Shown here piece after piece: positions 23,113 to 35,385 of a DNA stretch of 57,050 bases; within the stretch, counting starts at the first letter, position 1, and every line of letters starts with the position of its first letter. This DNA is from Nemertoderma westbladi (lineage: Eukaryota > Animalia > Xenacoelomorpha). The notes beneath the pieces are model-generated. The model searched no databases, was not told where the DNA came from, and saw only the letters and a program-made list of their open reading frames with translations. The stretch is from NCBI GenBank assembly GCA_032718475.1, contig JAUCBJ010003463.1, positions 1 to 57,050 on the forward strand, in the 5' to 3' direction. A program made the translations under genes and the position numbers.

Positions 23113-24885
23113 ATGCCAACTCACAACCGAATAATAAGTTCTAGGCAGAGTTGGCGTCAGGATCAAGCCCTAAACTCGAATATCTATATAGTTCGCAACT
23201 ACGGCCCTGCGGGATTTCAATTGTTCGAAGAGGGCGAGGCTTGTAGTAAAAAGATTAAGGTTTATATCGGCGAGAGGCACACTTGCAACTGCGAGACATA
23301 TAAGAAAGAAGCGGATTTATGCAAACATATCTGTTGGGTTCTTCTGCGGCGATTCAGAGTACCAAGAGATAACGCGCTCAGCTGGCAGACAGGCCTATGT
23401 CAGTCTGAAGTCGATCAGTTACTCAGCGGTAGGTTCTTCGCTGCTGTTTCCAAGACGAGGGTACCGAAACAGGAAGATCTACCGGAAACCGTAGCCCGGA
23501 GGATCGACAGCCAGGACATATGCCCGATATGTCAGGAGGAATTCTTTGGTAAGCGTCTCGCTGTCACGTGGTGTCGCTATTCGTGCGGCCAGTCGGTCCA
23601 CATAAAATGTATGAAAGTCTGGGCGGATCACCAAAGAGGAAGAGAAAAAGAGGAAGAAATTAAATGTCCGATGTGTAGGGAGAAGTTCTCCAGTTGGACC
23701 AATCTGCTTACCGAGTATCGCAACGCGATGAGGCAACAGCAGACGCCGACAACTCTACTAGACGAACCCAGACACCCTGGGGTTCGTTGCCGCAACTGTA
23801 ACGCGGCCCCAATCCACGGCAACTGTTACACCTGCCGCGTCTGTAACAGTTTCTATTTGTGTCAGAAGTGTTTCTCCCGACCAGTTCACACCCAACACGC
23901 TTTCCGCTATAAACGTAACGCCACCGATAAATGGCAACCAGTAGAAAGATTTCTATCCAATCACAATTCAGAGGACGCTATTATGACGTCATTAGAATCG
24001 CGTGATATCAACGAATCTGATTATGAGGCCCTCTTGCGGTTAGACAGCGAATCATCTAGTTCACTAAGTAGTCTTCCCGATAAGTTCCTCAACTCTTTAC
24101 CGACCGGTTTGATAAAGAAGTCCAGCGGAATGTTGGCACCCGGGGTCCAATGTCGAGTCTGTTTGAGGCCTTACTCAGCCAATCAAACGATTAGGAAACT
24201 GCCTTGTAAACACCGTTTCCATAGAGAATGTGTGGACTATTGGTTACTGCACACGAGTGATCAATGTCCGCTGTGCAAATCTTCAGTAAAGGATTATCTT
24301 ATTGACAAACTATCGTGTCAACGACCGATAACCGTCGCACCAACAACGGTTGAAAGTGACAACAATATATTAGAACTGCCTTGTATCGGTTACTATAGTA
24401 ACCGACCACGTGGGGGCGACCAATCTAGGGTGGGTAGGAAACCGCCGCCAGCTCGATTAATCCGTACCGCCAATTCGATCCCCCAGAATGTAGAAGCTGA
24501 ATTCTGTTTATCCGGGAGCGGAATCACGGCGACGCCCGCTGTAGTTACTACGGCGGGACCGAGAGGCCGGGTATCCATCAGACCTCGTAGTCTGTCACAG
24601 GCTACTATAGAAACACGATTTCGCAGGACTACGAACTCTGTAGACAATCCATTCTCGGAGGCTGCCAGTTCTCATTTCGGTCTACCAAAAGCGTCTACCT
24701 TCGGTGGAATCCAATCACACAAATTTATTTACAAGGATAAAGAAAGTAAATCGGAATCCATCACTAATTTGGGATCACAGACCGATAATAGTAGGACAGC
24801 TGCCCTCCATAGTGACAAACCTACTTACAACAACCAACCACACACACTCACGCCATTAATTAAAACAATTAATGTTCCTTCTTAA
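23113..24885 (+). CDS. ZSWIM2: E3 ubiquitin ligase ZSWIM2/MEX (SWIM + RING + ZZ + RING), single ORF of 590 aa
   Basis: SWIM CNC..LCKHICWVL; RING CPICQEE..CGQSVHIKC..CPMCR; ZZ HPGVRCRNC..CRVCNSFYLCQKC; RING-H2 CRVCL..LPCKHRFHRECVDYW..CPLC. Confidence 0.93.
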   Translation: MPTHNRIISSRQSWRQDQALNSNIYIVRNYGPAGFQLFEEGEACSKKIKVYIGERHTCNCETYKKEADLCKHICWVLLRRFRVPRDNALSWQTGLCQSEVDQLLSGRFFAAVSKTRVPKQEDLPETVARRIDSQDICPICQEEFFGKRLAVTWCRYSCGQSVHIKCMKVWADHQRGREKEEEIKCPMCREKFSSWTNLLTEYRNAMRQQQTPTTLLDEPRHPGVRCRNCNAAPIHGNCYTCRVCNSFYLCQKCFSRPVHTQHAFRYKRNATDKWQPVERFLSNHNSEDAIMTSLESRDINESDYEALLRLDSESSSSLSSLPDKFLNSLPTGLIKKSSGMLAPGVQCRVCLRPYSANQTIRKLPCKHRFHRECVDYWLLHTSDQCPLCKSSVKDYLIDKLSCQRPITVAPTTVESDNNILELPCIGYYSNRPRGGDQSRVGRKPPPARLIRTANSIPQNVEAEFCLSGSGITATPAVVTTAGPRGRVSIRPRSLSQATIETRFRRTTNSVDNPFSEAASSHFGLPKASTFGGIQSHKFIYKDKESKSESITNLGSQTDNSRTAALHSDKPTYNNQPHTLTPLIKTINVPS

Positions 24886-26866
24886 AATTATAATTGAAAC
24901 TTTTATAATTATGTGTTTAGAGTGAACCGAATCGAGCTGAGCTGAGACGAATAAATAATGTTATTTGATGAAAAAAAAAAGGACCGGAGAGAAGCACTTT
25001 TTGGCACTGACTTTCAAAATGAACTTAGTTCGTTCAGCAGTAGTTCAAGCTAAAGTTTGGCAGACATGTGACCAGGAACGGATCAGGTTACAGTACAGTC
25101 ACATGTTATTCTAACCGAAAACATTACACTAAAGTCAATTAAGTATTTTCAGAGTAATCAGTTTGTTATTTACGCCGATTTTACCCTGGAGGGCGACGAA
25201 TTTTGATTGCGTTGAAAGTCGCCTCTCTTTGTGATGAGGTTTATTCGTAAATTTAAAAGATCATACAGTATACGTAAATATAATGTAAATATTATACTGT
25301 TGTAATAGTTTTAATTCTATAGAGTAGAGCAAATATTGTAATACTGATTTACAAGGTGTGATTTGGTAATAATTATTTATTGCACGTTAAATAACATTAT
25401 TTTCACTATACTGGAAATATTTAATTTAGCGAGCGCAACGAGGTTAATAAAGAATCGAATATTGTTCCACGTTATATAATATGCAATATGTAGTTTTATT
25501 TTTAAGTTTAACATTTTTTTCCACGACGTTACTAATATATTACTGTACTATCATAATGAAAGTAAGTAAACATTGACACCACCTCACCCCTCCCATTTCT
25601 TTTAAATGGCTAACTGTATAATTTTTTTTAAGATTTCTAAAATATGAAATGAAAGATGTTCTAAAAAATGAAATATAAAAATTAAAAATCTAATATTTTT
25701 GTTCTAGAACATTTTAATAGATATACAAAATATATCTAAAAAAATGCTCTGGAATATGAACAAAATGATCTGGAACTATTTTTTATAATTGTAGGGAACA
25801 TTAAACTTAGTTAAAAAGATTTTCTAGCAACTCAACCATCATTTTTGGTGCCATTTTGGTCCCCCAGGATGAATAATTTTGTGTTTGGTTCGATGATTCT
25901 GAACGTATATGGGTTTTCGAGGTCGCTGATACGTTAATAGTTAAACTAGTTATAAATATTTCTGGTAATGCAAACCCAATTTTGGTGCCATTCTTGGCAC
26001 CCCAGATCAAAAAGAGTACAAGTAGCAAAAAATTATCAAACTGATAAATTTCGCTTTGGTTTGGTACTGTAACTCTGAAGCTATACGGGGTTTCTAGGTC
26101 GCTGATAACACGTTAAAAAACGTTTATAGTAACGCAACTATCGTTTTTGATGCCTGTCTGGTGGGACGAAAAATACAAGTAGCATAAATTTTCAAACGGC
26201 AAAAATATAATTTGGTTGGATAATACGATATTTTTGTGTGTCATATTCATGATCAGCGTTGTCTTAATTAAGTAAGGATTTAAATGCATTAATTACTGAA
26301 TTAACTATAATTATAATACAATTGGAGGAAAGACCCCAGAAGTTTTTATCTTATTATACGATTATGTACATTAACTCTTCCCTAAGGGCCGCTTGTCGAT
26401 TTATATGTAAAAGAAGGCAGAAACGACACCCCAATTGGATATTTGCGTACCGTACTGATACTATGAGTCAATATACTGATATAGCAGTAGGCTACCATCA
26501 CACCGGCTACCGTCTTACCGCGTGGCGGCGCATTATAGCTTTAAGGATGGCCTATATACATAGCAAACTCCTATAATAATTTTAAAGCGATATTTGATTC
26601 CTGTACTGACTTCCCGCACTTTACAATTTTTTGAAGGAATAATTCTAAGACATAAACAAACTACTGCAGTTTTTTGAAACTGCTTTTTTTTTACACACTA
26701 TAATTATTTTGTACAGTTTACTAAGTATGCAAAATAGGTCGTACGAATGTCCCGCACTTTACATGGAATGAGCCAGTTCACAGTTACAAAACCGCCACTA
26801 TGGTGATCTTATTCGTGTTGATAAGGGCATAACCAAGAATTTGAAAATCCGAAAATGTATTTTATC

Positions 26867-27410
26867 GTGACCAAAGAGCCAGAACAACACTCACCAAAAA
26901 ATGTGGTTTCGAGAAAAATGCAAAAAACCTTCTCATTTCCCTCTATATGGATCCCGTCTCCTGATTTTTTCGACAGAGGTCTGAGAAGATACAATGATAC
27001 ATTTTATAATAGTGGCTAGCATTCAAAATAAATTTTGTTAATGAAAAAAACTGTTTTTTTCGTTATTTTCCAAAGAGACAAAACAACACATACTGAAATT
27101 TAACATTAACTCTAGTCTGTGTGTGTTGTTTTACCTCTAGGATTTTATCACAGAAACATAAGAACTCACGTCATTCCTCGACTATTGAATGGTGTTTTTC
27201 CTGGCAAAGTATGATAGGGAAAAGTGTGGTATGTGTTGTTTTACCTCTAACAGTTTTCAACTTCTATGTTGTGTGGGTTGTTCTGGTTTTCCATATCTCC
27301 TAAACGAACTGACATACAAGTCTAGGATTTTAACATAAGATGTAGAACGCCATCTTGAGTAATTGTTTTTTGAAAAATTGTGGTATGTGTTGTTCTGGCT
27401 CTATGGTCAC
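26867..27410. mobile_element. MITE-like element with terminal inverted repeats
   Basis: CGTGACCAAAGAGCCAGAACAACAC at the left and GTGTTGTTCTGGCTCTATGGTCACG at the right; internal GTGTTGTT repeats; no clear TSD. Confidence 0.65.
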
Positions 27411-29204
27411 GTTATATACTTTTTGGGTATTATAGCAATATAATGTAGATGTAGAATAAAAAAATTAATCGAATTAACGCGTATTGGTTTTGGGTTACAC
27501 ACCACACCACCCCCCCCCCCCCCCCCCACAACCCCTTCCCCACCCCACCTGCCTAAATACAGTATTTAGTCTATTTGCCCACGCCAAAGTTGTGTGGTGT
27601 GAAAATTTGAGGGGGTTGCAAAGCTGTCCAATCGTTCTGTAGTGGTTTGGTTGAAGGCCAAACATGTGGTGAAATTGCTGTATTATTATAATAATATTGG
27701 TATAGTGTCAACCTTTTTTTCTTATCTACTAGAGGATATAGATATCGTATAATAACAATATTTTATATATTTTGCCGATTCATTAGCTTTAATCAATTAA
27801 AAATCGCATTAAGTACCTTTTGCCAAATTCAAAAGAATATAATTATATAAATAATATTTATTAATATTACAAAACAAAAGTACAAATATATATTTACAGA
27901 ATAAGGGAGGGTTGAATGCTATATTTACACAGTGAAGACCTCTTAAATAACATTAATGACGTGCAACGATTAGAAAAAAAAACTATATATAACATTGTAC
28001 GAAAAGTAGCGGAATTATCATTGAGCCGTGCGAGCGTAGCGAGGAATGTTTACATAATATATGGGAAAAGGGTTATTAATAAATACTCAATAGCGCCCTT
28101 TTCGTACAATGGAGTATGTTAATTCGTTACATTATGTCAACTTATCGGCGTTTTATTAGTTTTAATATTGTAATGTTTAGGCCTATAAATATTAATATCA
28201 ATTGAATAATTAATTGCAGATGGAGTTACTACAACAACTGCACTGTAAATAATCTTACACATAGCATACAATGGCTATCAACCACTTTATTAAAGAATAT
28301 TGCCAGAAACATTACATTTTTTTCACTCAATATAACGTTAAAAGGTTTTTATTCAGCGTTTATGACCCTTGTATATTTGTGGAAACTTCCCTCGCTGCGC
28401 TCGTTCGGTATATAAATACACTCGGGTCACAACGGTGGGAAGTGCTAATATTTACTTTATACAATGGTATAAATAGTTAGTTAATTATATTACTTTGAAT
28501 ACTTTGCAGTGTTCCGACCTTTATAAAGTCGTAACGCTGCAAAGTAGTACTTTATTTCTTTAGCGTTACGAGGCTTATAAGACGGCGGCTGATAAGTTGG
28601 CACAATGTAATAAAATAATTAAATTGTTGTTCCAACAAATTAAGTAGATTATATTAAATACATATCAATCAAAATAACAGATATTTACACCATTTAGTAC
28701 TCAACGTAAATGTGCACAGTGCACAAAATTTCATTTTCAGATTTAAAAAACACGTAGGGGCCTTCGCGCAGCACGAATTAAGAAATTTTAGCGTTACGGG
28801 TAACCACTATTTCAATAGCTGCCAAATCTATCCCTTGCGGAAGTCTGGAGAACAGCTAAGCTCGTCGCTCGCCCCACAGTTTGTTTTAATAATTCTTTTT
28901 ATTAAAAAATATAATAAATAAATATGAATAATGAAAATGAAACTAATTTTATATTTATATATATCAATTGGATAAATAAAGATTTAACAAAATATAAATT
29001 GGTAACGAAATAGGATAATAAAACGGATCGTTATTGACAAGAAACAGTTTGTACACAAATTATATTGTTGGTTTATTTTTACAACTAGAAATAAAGTTAG
29101 AAAGATAACCAATTACGACTGGATCGTATTAGCCGATCAAACAATCTATTAATTAATTATTAGCAAATAGTTAAATTTAAAAACAATTGTAATTGACAAT
29201 CATT

Positions 29205-32200
29205 TCACAAACATTCGATGTAACTGGCGAACTGCTGAATCTCTTCGGGTTTAGTTTTCCGTAACTCTCGTTTCAGTTGGTGAATTTCAACAGCGCCGTT
29301 AGCGAAACAACAAATCATAACGGCTTTACGGCCCTGAATGCCGAGACCGCTGGCCGCGTAATCGGAAGTCAACGAGAAGTCAACCAGGGCGAACTCGCTG
29401 AAGTGTTGGGCGTAGAGCGGCCCGGAGTCGGAGCGGAGGAGGTCCCACACGTGGAGTCTGGACGCTGAATCGAGAACGTAGAACACGGAAGGCCGACTAG
29501 GAGACCATCCGAGTTTACAGACTGGGAGTCTATCGGTGGATAGAAGCCACGACGCTAGAGGGAGCTGCTCCGACTTATTGTACAGACGGATGTGGCCGTC
29601 CCGCCCCGCGACGAGAAACACCTCGAAACGGGGGTGGAAGCTGACCGCGGAGATGGGAGTGGGATCGGGGGAGCGGGGATGATGGGAGCGGGGGAACACG
29701 GTAGAGGCGTAGCGAGTCGCGTGGAGCACAGAACCGGTGTCCGTGGCCACGTAGACATGGTTGGGGTCCTGTCTGCAGTAGTCGAGAGCGACCGCGGTCA
29801 CGGGACCATGGCCCAGAAGGACCTCGGAGCTGCGGACCAGTTTAACCCGCCCCCCGGGGATCAACCCAGGCTCCGACTCTAAACCCGCGGGATTCGACTT
29901 CGCGAATTCGATACAAACCCAAAAAAACAATCGACAGCCCTCATCCAAACTCGCTAATTGGAAAGAACTAAAGTCCAGGTTGTTATTGGCCCCGGATATA
30001 TGAGAGGATTGGAACACAGGCTGCACGGCGACCAAACGGGTCGTGTGTTTCTCATCCGGGAGTAAATATTCGGTTGAGTAAGTAGGACCGCGGAAAACCC
30101 AATCGGAACCGTCCATCGAGAGTCTCGAGTGGGCGGTCGGACCTTCACGGAGGTCCCATAACAGCAACGAGCCGTCTACGGTTCCCGCGAACACGAGGGT
30201 AGAGCCAATAGGGGAGAAACTGCAGGTTGTGACTTCGGATTGGGCGATGAGGATCCGATGGGGTTGGGAGGGCAAGTTAACGTTCCAGACTAATATCAAT
30301 CCGTTATCAGCCAATCTAGAACGAGATTTTTCAACACAGGAATATCCGACCGCTATAAACTGGTTCTGAGAGATGCAGGAAGCCACGCAGGTTATCTTTC
30401 TATCCGAGAGGAAAGACAAGCCGGTATCAACCGCGAAGAAACCCTCGCTGAACTCCACATGGGTGCGACTGCGTTTCTTTTCCAGGGAGCCGCTGCTACT
30501 GGAAACCTCTTCCAATATCGCTATTACAACCTGAGAGACTTTATTAATAAAGTTGGTTAAGCGACGTGGGTCTATGTAGGAACGCTGGGTGGAGCCTGCG
30601 AGTTCGGTAAACTCGTCGCTCTCGGTCCAGCTGGCCATCCCGTCGTCCGCCGGATGCTGGGTCCACGAGTCCCGACTGTCCGTCTCCTCGGTCTGACATT
30701 CCCGTCCGATGTCGGATTCGCCCGTCTGCACCGAGACCTGACTCGTGTTCATCCGCCCGAAACTCCGTATGTACATGTCATACTCGCTAAGTGGTGCCAT
30801 CTCGAACCATTCGAGGGTCACGTGATCGAACTCGACGAGTTTGTGAAGTTCCACATGACGACTCTTGACAAACCGTTCCGCAGCTCGTTGCTTAACAGCG
30901 AGGAAGTTTATACCCTTATATTGCGATGTGCGACTGGCCGACTTATCAACACCTTCCACTCCATCAATTGACTTCTCTGTAACAGAAGCATCAGAAGTTT
31001 TACTCGCCAGTTTTAGATTCTCAGTGTACATCGCCATGATAACCGTATCAATTTCTGGATCACCAGTGAGCTGCGGAAGAGATTTCTCAACAACTTTATC
31101 ATTGTCATCACTCTCCTCATCAAAGTCGTCATCATTATAAGCCTCGAAGTCACTTTCACCGTAATCATACTCATCTGTTTCGCTATTATCCTGTATGTTT
31201 GATTGTTTGTGATTGTAATTGGGTATCCCCTGCGCTGAGCCAATAACATCATCTTCTATAATTTCAACAAAGGGTCTGATTCCCACTCGGATCCCTATTG
31301 GTTCATTCGTTTCCAATCTCTCATTTCCCCCCAGTCGCTCTGTGTCTGAGCTCTCGTGTAATTCCTTCTCTTTGCGAGATTTACCACTGCTTCTGTTACT
31401 GCGATTACTAGCCCTATCCTGTCCATCATAATCAATGTCCAAATATTTCTTATCATCTTCTCTGTCTCCATGTTTTCTCCCACTTCCCGTTTCTCTATGT
31501 TTTCCACCAATATCCCTACCCCCATGCTTTTTTACACTTTCATTTTCCTTGGGTTTTCCACCACTTTCCCTGTCTATATGTTTTCCGTCACTCTTCCTAT
31601 CTCTATGCGTTTCCCCACTAGCGCTGTCTCCATGCTTTTTTTCACTTTCTCTTTCCTTGGGTTTTCCACCACTTTCCCTATCTCTATGATGTTTTCCGTC
31701 ACTCTTCCTATCTCTATACTTTTCCCCACTATCCCTGTCTCCATGTTTTTTTTCACTTTCCCTTTCCTTGGGTTTTCCGCCACTTTCCCTATCTCTATGT
31801 TTTTCCTCACTTTCCCTATCTCTATGTTTTCCACCACTTTCCCTATCTCCATGTTTTCCCTCACTATTCCTATCTCTATGCTTTTCCCCACTAGGCCTAT
31901 CCCTGTCTCCATGCTTTTTTTCACTTTCCCTTTGCTTCGTCTCACTTTTCCTATTCGCACCTTCCTGCCTCCGGCTGCTTTCTATGTCCCTTGTATCAAT
32001 ACCGCCATTTAGGCTCGGTGATTTATTCCTTCGATGGGTTGATGTAACTCCGTTATCAACTTGAAGCCTGGTTTTACCATCCTGCCCCTTAGGAGTAGTT
32101 TTCTTCGGCACCTCTGCATCGGATACTTTCCTGGTCGATTCGCCCTTCAGTCTATCCATCTTTCGGTCTTTTCCGTCAGCAGTAGATCGATCTGCATTGT

Positions 32201-32270
32201 CTCGCGGTTGCTTAGAGCGATGTTTGCCTTCCGATGGCGGTCTGACAACTCTTCTCTGCCCTGAACTCAT
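29205..32270 (-). CDS. DYNC2I1: Cytoplasmic dynein-2 intermediate chain WDR60, single ORF of 1021 aa
   Basis: Charged repetitive N-terminus (KHRDRESGG repeats, ~31440-31960), YGESDFEAYNDDDF, EMAPLSEYDMYIRSFG..QVSVQT, WTQHP, then a WD40 propeller (VFAGTVDGSLLLWDLRE, PGLIPGGRVKL, WSPSRPSVFYVLD). Confidence 0.92.
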   Translation of the reverse strand: MSSGQRRVVRPPSEGKHRSKQPRDNADRSTADGKDRKMDRLKGESTRKVSDAEVPKKTTPKGQDGKTRLQVDNGVTSTHRRNKSPSLNGGIDTRDIESSRRQEGANRKSETKQRESEKKHGDRDRPSGEKHRDRNSEGKHGDRESGGKHRDRESEEKHRDRESGGKPKERESEKKHGDRDSGEKYRDRKSDGKHHRDRESGGKPKERESEKKHGDSASGETHRDRKSDGKHIDRESGGKPKENESVKKHGGRDIGGKHRETGSGRKHGDREDDKKYLDIDYDGQDRASNRSNRSSGKSRKEKELHESSDTERLGGNERLETNEPIGIRVGIRPFVEIIEDDVIGSAQGIPNYNHKQSNIQDNSETDEYDYGESDFEAYNDDDFDEESDDNDKVVEKSLPQLTGDPEIDTVIMAMYTENLKLASKTSDASVTEKSIDGVEGVDKSASRTSQYKGINFLAVKQRAAERFVKSRHVELHKLVEFDHVTLEWFEMAPLSEYDMYIRSFGRMNTSQVSVQTGESDIGRECQTEETDSRDSWTQHPADDGMASWTESDEFTELAGSTQRSYIDPRRLTNFINKVSQVVIAILEEVSSSSGSLEKKRSRTHVEFSEGFFAVDTGLSFLSDRKITCVASCISQNQFIAVGYSCVEKSRSRLADNGLILVWNVNLPSQPHRILIAQSEVTTCSFSPIGSTLVFAGTVDGSLLLWDLREGPTAHSRLSMDGSDWVFRGPTYSTEYLLPDEKHTTRLVAVQPVFQSSHISGANNNLDFSSFQLASLDEGCRLFFWVCIEFAKSNPAGLESEPGLIPGGRVKLVRSSEVLLGHGPVTAVALDYCRQDPNHVYVATDTGSVLHATRYASTVFPRSHHPRSPDPTPISAVSFHPRFEVFLVAGRDGHIRLYNKSEQLPLASWLLSTDRLPVCKLGWSPSRPSVFYVLDSASRLHVWDLLRSDSGPLYAQHFSEFALVDFSLTSDYAASGLGIQGRKAVMICCFANGAVEIHQLKRELRKTKPEEIQQFASYIECL

Positions 32271-34359
32271 GTTTGCATCTAATTAAGAAGTACCGGACCG
32301 GTAGGCCTATTCGTATTACAGTATTATATTATATAAATATACTAGGCCTATTTAAGTACCGGTAGGCGGTAGGCCTATTGCTGTATTGAGTTAACTAGAC
32401 CTACAGAACTATCGGATCGGTAGGCCTACTGCAGTACTGCAGCAAGATATCAAAGTATGGCAAACCTGCCACTGGACCTGTACTTCAATCACATATTTCT
32501 GAGTCTCAATTAGGGCTCAACAGAAGCTTTGGCTTCGGTTCGGTTCGGGTTGGGCTGAAGTTTGAGCTCGGAATGTCCTTAATAAGTCCAGTCTGTTCTT
32601 CATAGAACAGTAAAACTTGACTGCTTGTTCTGGCTCTGAGACATTGGTTGGACTGTAGTAACACGTTCGTGGGGACTTCGCGCAGCACGTAGTCGGCAAG
32701 CCTTGGCATACGGTTCATATAGAGCAAATGGGGCATGTCTAGTTTGGACCCCATATCCCATGATATAAATGTATTCATTCGTTACATACAATCATATGTT
32801 AATCCGCTCAGCCGCTAGGTGGTGTCAAATTGTTATTCTGCAATTTCGTACTTACCAGTGCAGCACTGTACAGCAGTACCGTACCGGTAGGCCTATGTCA
32901 TTACTTCTGAGTCTCTAGCGGATCCCCAATTAAATGTCTTACCTTTTCAATTTCGTAAAAGATAGACTTCATGATTCTCTACAGGCCACCAAAATTTCAG
33001 CTCAGGAAAATGAGGCCTTCCCGAGAAATTTAACATTTTCTAAAAACCACATAATCTGTCGTAGCTGACGTCAGATTGCATGATTTTTCACCAAACTTTA
33101 CAAACTTTCTAAACTTTCTCTCTACTACTTACCTACTAAGTTTGGTTCAATTCCGAACCAGCGATGCCGAGAAATTCGCGTTCAAACATTTACCAGACAG
33201 ACGGACAGACAGACAGACAGACGGACATGCCCCATTTGCCCTATATGAACCGTATGCCAAGGCTCGCCGACTACGTGTCTCGCCCCACATATAACTGTTG
33301 TCTTGGGATTCCCATCAAAAATGTTGCGATCATAACCCTGGAATTTATAGATTCCAGATAAAATTGGAAACAACGAATCAGGATCTAGAATTGTTGTTTA
33401 TTATGATAGGAGGGAGATTTGATTTATATTTTTAAAACCTAATATGCGAATTTGTCTAAGGGTTTTAATACTTTTTGAGTAATAATTGTAAAAAAATGTA
33501 ACACATTTTTTTTGAATCAACCTATATACCTATACATAGTTTCCTACCTAATATATGACATAAATCCATTATTTTCAAACACAATGACTGTATTTTTTTA
33601 TTTCAAATTGTAAGATTACATTATGTCAAAACCCATTTTAGAATCAAAAATGCCGTTTTACAGGAAAAGTCACTTTTGTCATTTAGGTTGTTTGAAAATA
33701 AAAGGGACGAATGAATGGACTTCTAGAATATAATTTATACCAGGGACTGGAAACTGTTTATTCGGAAATACCAGTTGAGGCCTACTTTCTGATTTTTGCT
33801 AGCAGTTATTAATTTTAGGAATCATTATATCTAAACCGCTACTGTATGAGTTTTTCTGAACTGATTTTAATAAGTTATGTTGCATTAGATGCGCAGATTT
33901 CTCAGCTTTACTTATGTAGGCCTATGTATATAAAATAATCCTTATATTTTGTCCCTTTCATTTAGAAACCACCTATATGCCATTTTTGCCGAAATGGAGA
34001 ATTCTGCATTTCTTTATGTTATAATGTATTCTGAATCCGATTACCTCACTTAGAAGGCCATACTCCCACGTATAACTGAGATATTTAACGTTTCAAAACC
34101 ACCTATATGCCAGTTTTGTATAGACCACATGATAAATATATATATTTTTAAAACAACCTATATAATACATTTTACTATTATAAATAAGGTAAGGCCAGTA
34201 AACGTTGATATAAAATAGGAAACAACGAGTCAGGATGCAGAATTGTTGTTTATTATGATAGGGGGAGATTTTATGTTTGCGTACTGTCTGTTGTTATACA
34301 TTGTGTGTGTAGTTGACCTCAAGATTTGTTTTAATTGTGAAGTCGTAATGTCAGAATGG

Positions 34360-34810
34360 GTGATAAGAAAAAGAGCAGCTCTAACTTTCCTCTCATTTTA
34401 GAACAATTGTTTACATCAAAGGTAATAATTACTGCCATTCATTTGTCTGTAACGTACAGAGCGGAGCTCTAGGGGATCTTGCAACATCTTACATGTAAGA
34501 ACATAATTAAACTTTACTTCATCCACACAGTACCTTACTAGATTGACTAAAGCATTCGTGGTATGAATAAGGGCATCGAAAGTTTCATTTGTAAGGGCGC
34601 TATTTGATTTTCTCACTATTTCGCTAGAGGTCCTCCATGTCGTGTTGCCCAGATAATTAAATCGATCAGCGGTAGTCGAATAATATATTGGATATTTGGA
34701 GGGATCGCGTTTCCGGGAACCTGCTATTGTTGTATCAACATTCACTATATTCCAATACTTCACAATGAATGCTACGAAATCTGCAGTAACCTTGAAGTCA
34801 TAGTCATACC
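34360..34810 (-). pseudogene. P-element/THAP9-family transposase C-terminal fragment
   Basis: TADFVAFIVKYWNIVNV...KRDP...LTNETFDALIHTT...FNYVLTCKMLQDPLE..RYRQMNGSNY resembles the P-family YxLTxxxxQDxLExxFxxxRQxxG motif. Broken by a frameshift and truncated by a minisatellite. Confidence 0.8.
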
Positions 34811-34835
34811 CCGATTTACTGCACCACTCTAATGG

Positions 34836-35385
34836 CCCGTGGCTACATTTTGTACTTATAGTTCTGCCCATGGCTACATTAAGTTAATATAGTTCTGTCC
34901 ATGGCTACATTTCGTTCTTAAATTCCGCCCGTGGTTATATTTTATTCTTATCTGCTTATCGTTCTGCATGTGGCTATATTTTATTCTTATAGTTCCACCC
35001 GTGGCTACATTTTGTTCTTATAGTTCCGCCTGTAGCTACATTTTGTTCTTAAGTTCCGCTCATGGCTACATTTTGTTCTTTAGTTCCGCCCGTGGTTATA
35101 TTTTGTTCTTTAGTTCCGCCCGTGGTTATATTTTATTTTTATAGTTCCGCCCGTGGCTACATTTTGTTCTTAAGTTCCGCCCGTGGTTATATTTTGTTCT
35201 TTAGTTCCGCCCGTGGTTATATTTTATTTTTATAGTTCCGCCCGTGGCTACATTTTGTTCTTAAGTTCCGCCCGTGGTTATATTTTGTTCTTTAGTTCCG
35301 CCCGTGGTTATATTTTATTTTTATAGTTCCGCCCGTGGCTACATTTTGTTTTTTAAGTTCCGCCCGTGGTTATATTTTATTCTTT
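34836..35385. repeat. 30/31-bp minisatellite (AGTTCCGCCCGTGGYTAYATTTTRTTCTTWT)
   Basis: Directly visible. An inverted related unit at ~35488-35516 suggests a TIR element inserted into the transposase. Confidence 0.9.

Noticed and set aside
29277-32264. Plus-strand ORFs overlapping WDR60, and similar overlaps in DNAJC10 and ZSWIM2
   Set aside because: Antisense or alternative-frame shadows of GC-rich or repetitive coding sequence.
32687-33280. Inverted ~50-bp copies (GCCCCATTTGC.CTATATGAACCGTATGCCAAGG) upstream of WDR60, considered as a regulatory hairpin
   Set aside because: One copy follows a (CAGA)n microsatellite typical of interspersed repeat remnants; boundaries and function cannot be supported.
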